Below are positions 62,646 through 64,000 of a DNA stretch of 64,000 bases, one piece after another. The notes under the pieces were generated by a model. That model was not told where the DNA came from and did no database searches. It was given only the letters and a program-made list of their open reading frames with translations. Within the stretch, counting starts at the first letter, position 1. Each line of letters begins with the position of its first letter. Location of the stretch: positions 20,018 through 84,017 of the forward strand of contig JARIEF010000035.1 of NCBI GenBank assembly GCA_029266915.1, in the 5' to 3' direction. The position numbers and the translations under genes are program-made. Source of the stretch: Tissierella sp. GTDB taxonomy: Bacteria; Bacillota; Clostridia; Tissierellales; Tissierellaceae.

Positions 62646-63605
62646 TTGAACAAAATAGATAGATACAGGAGTTATTCCGAGTTTTTAAAAGATGAATTTA
62701 ATGAAAAGGTTTATAAGATTCCTATAAACCTGCCGCTTACTTGTCCAAACCGAGACGGTAATCTAAGCTCTGGAGGATGTACATTTTGCGGTGAAGAGGG
62801 AGGAAGTTTTGGAAATCTATGTAATGTTTTATCTGTAAAAGAACAGATGGATACTAATATAGAATATATAGGCAAGAGATATAAGGCTGAGAAATTTATA
62901 GCATATTTTCAAAACTTTACAAACACCTACTTGGAATTAGATCAATTTAAAGAATATATTAAAGCAAGTATAAGAGAAAATGTAGTTGGCATATCTATAT
63001 CTACAAGGCCTGATTGTATCAATGATGATTATTTAAAATTTTTAAAAGAAATCAAAGAAAAATATAATCTCTTGATTACTATAGAACTGGGCCTTCAAAC
63101 TGTAAATTATCACAGTCTTATAAAGATAAACCGAGGACACGGATTAAGTGAATTTATAGATGCAGTTCTGAGAATAAAAAGGTACAATTTAAGAATATGT
63201 ACTCACTTAATACTTAACCTTCCTTGGGATGATATGGTAGATACCATAGAAAATGCTAAAATTATATCAGCACTGGGTATTGAAGAAGTAAAACTCCATG
63301 CTCTATACATTGTAAAAGGAACAAAGATAGGGGAACAATATCAAAGAGAAGAGTTTACAATGATCTCTAGAGAAGATTATCAAAAGAGAGTTATAAAATT
63401 TTTAGAATACCTGGATCCAAATATAGTAGTTCAAAGGTTAATAGGAAGAGCTCCTAGAGAAAATGCATTATTTGTAAATTGGGACACCTCTTGGTGGAAA
63501 ATAAGAGATGACATAGTAAATGCTATGATTGAATCAAATTCTTATCAAGGTAGAAAATTTGATTATCTAAATGGCAAGGCTCTAAAAAAATTCAAGAACA
63601 GTTAA
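62646..63605 (+). CDS. TIGR01212 (YhcC/YtqA) radical SAM protein
   Basis: TCPNRDG...GGCTFC, STRPDC and ELGLQT motifs. Confidence 0.9.
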   Translation: MNKIDRYRSYSEFLKDEFNEKVYKIPINLPLTCPNRDGNLSSGGCTFCGEEGGSFGNLCNVLSVKEQMDTNIEYIGKRYKAEKFIAYFQNFTNTYLELDQFKEYIKASIRENVVGISISTRPDCINDDYLKFLKEIKEKYNLLITIELGLQTVNYHSLIKINRGHGLSEFIDAVLRIKRYNLRICTHLILNLPWDDMVDTIENAKIISALGIEEVKLHALYIVKGTKIGEQYQREEFTMISREDYQKRVIKFLEYLDPNIVVQRLIGRAPRENALFVNWDTSWWKIRDDIVNAMIESNSYQGRKFDYLNGKALKKFKNS

Positions 63606-63666
63606 ATTAAAGACTCATTTTATGTCAATTATTCAATTAATATAAAAGAAAGGCTAGGTGTTTAAC

Positions 63667-64000
63667 ATGGTTAAGTTTATTTTAGGTGCAAAGGGAACAG
63701 GTAAGACTAGATGGTTAATAGATAATGCAAATAAGGACAAAAAAGAAGGTAATGGTAATATTGCTTTTGTAGATGTGGATGACAATCATATATTTACTTT
63801 AAATTCTGCAGTAAGATTAATTAATGCCATGGAGTTCAATATCCTAAATATTGAATCATTCTATGGCTTTTTATGTGGAATAATCAGTAGGGATTACGAT
63901 ATAGAGAAAATATATGTAGATGGTATCTATAAAGTTATGAAGATAGAAGTAAGTGATTTAAACTTTTTATTAGAAAAACTCACTATTATAGGCGAAAAAT
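63667..64000 (+). CDS. Small P-loop-like conserved protein, 3'-truncated by window edge
   Basis: MVKFILGAKGTGKTRWLID...FLCGIISRDYDIEKIYVDG; SD AGGTG; frame open to the window end. Confidence 0.75.
   Translation, partial: MVKFILGAKGTGKTRWLIDNANKDKKEGNGNIAFVDVDDNHIFTLNSAVRLINAMEFNILNIESFYGFLCGIISRDYDIEKIYVDGIYKVMKIEVSDLNFLLEKLTIIGEK

Overview
AT-rich chromosomal DNA from an anaerobic, amino-acid-fermenting Firmicute (Tissierellia/Clostridia-like; inferred from gene content). No prophage, IS, CRISPR array, rRNA or tRNA was seen. Contents in order: a Sec-containing glycine/sarcosine/betaine-reductase component B pair with an NSS transporter; leucine dehydrogenase; a baeRF (aeRF1-like) protein; a stand-alone Cys-free rpsD; tkt, mnmA, pepT and pepD; a sufCBDSU operon; an ABC exporter with a 3x84-aa repeat; dinB; htpG with a CIRCE element; an RND-TetR-FtsH operon; an Rnf/Nqr hybrid operon; an atypical alarmone synthetase; and a pflBA-Crp/Fnr-cidA/lrgB cluster. 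Best leads: (1) a 101-aa MerT-like membrane selenoprotein with a Cys-Sec pair and SECIS hairpin (41695-42000, minus strand), missed by the ORF track and lacking mer neighbours; (2) an rnfD-rnfG-rnfE-rnfA-nqrF operon with a Rex-like box and no RnfC/NqrA/RnfB, so its electron acceptor is unknown; (3) a Cys-free uS4 gene sharing a Fur-family box with the suf operon. All family calls come from motif recognition by eye, not database searches.
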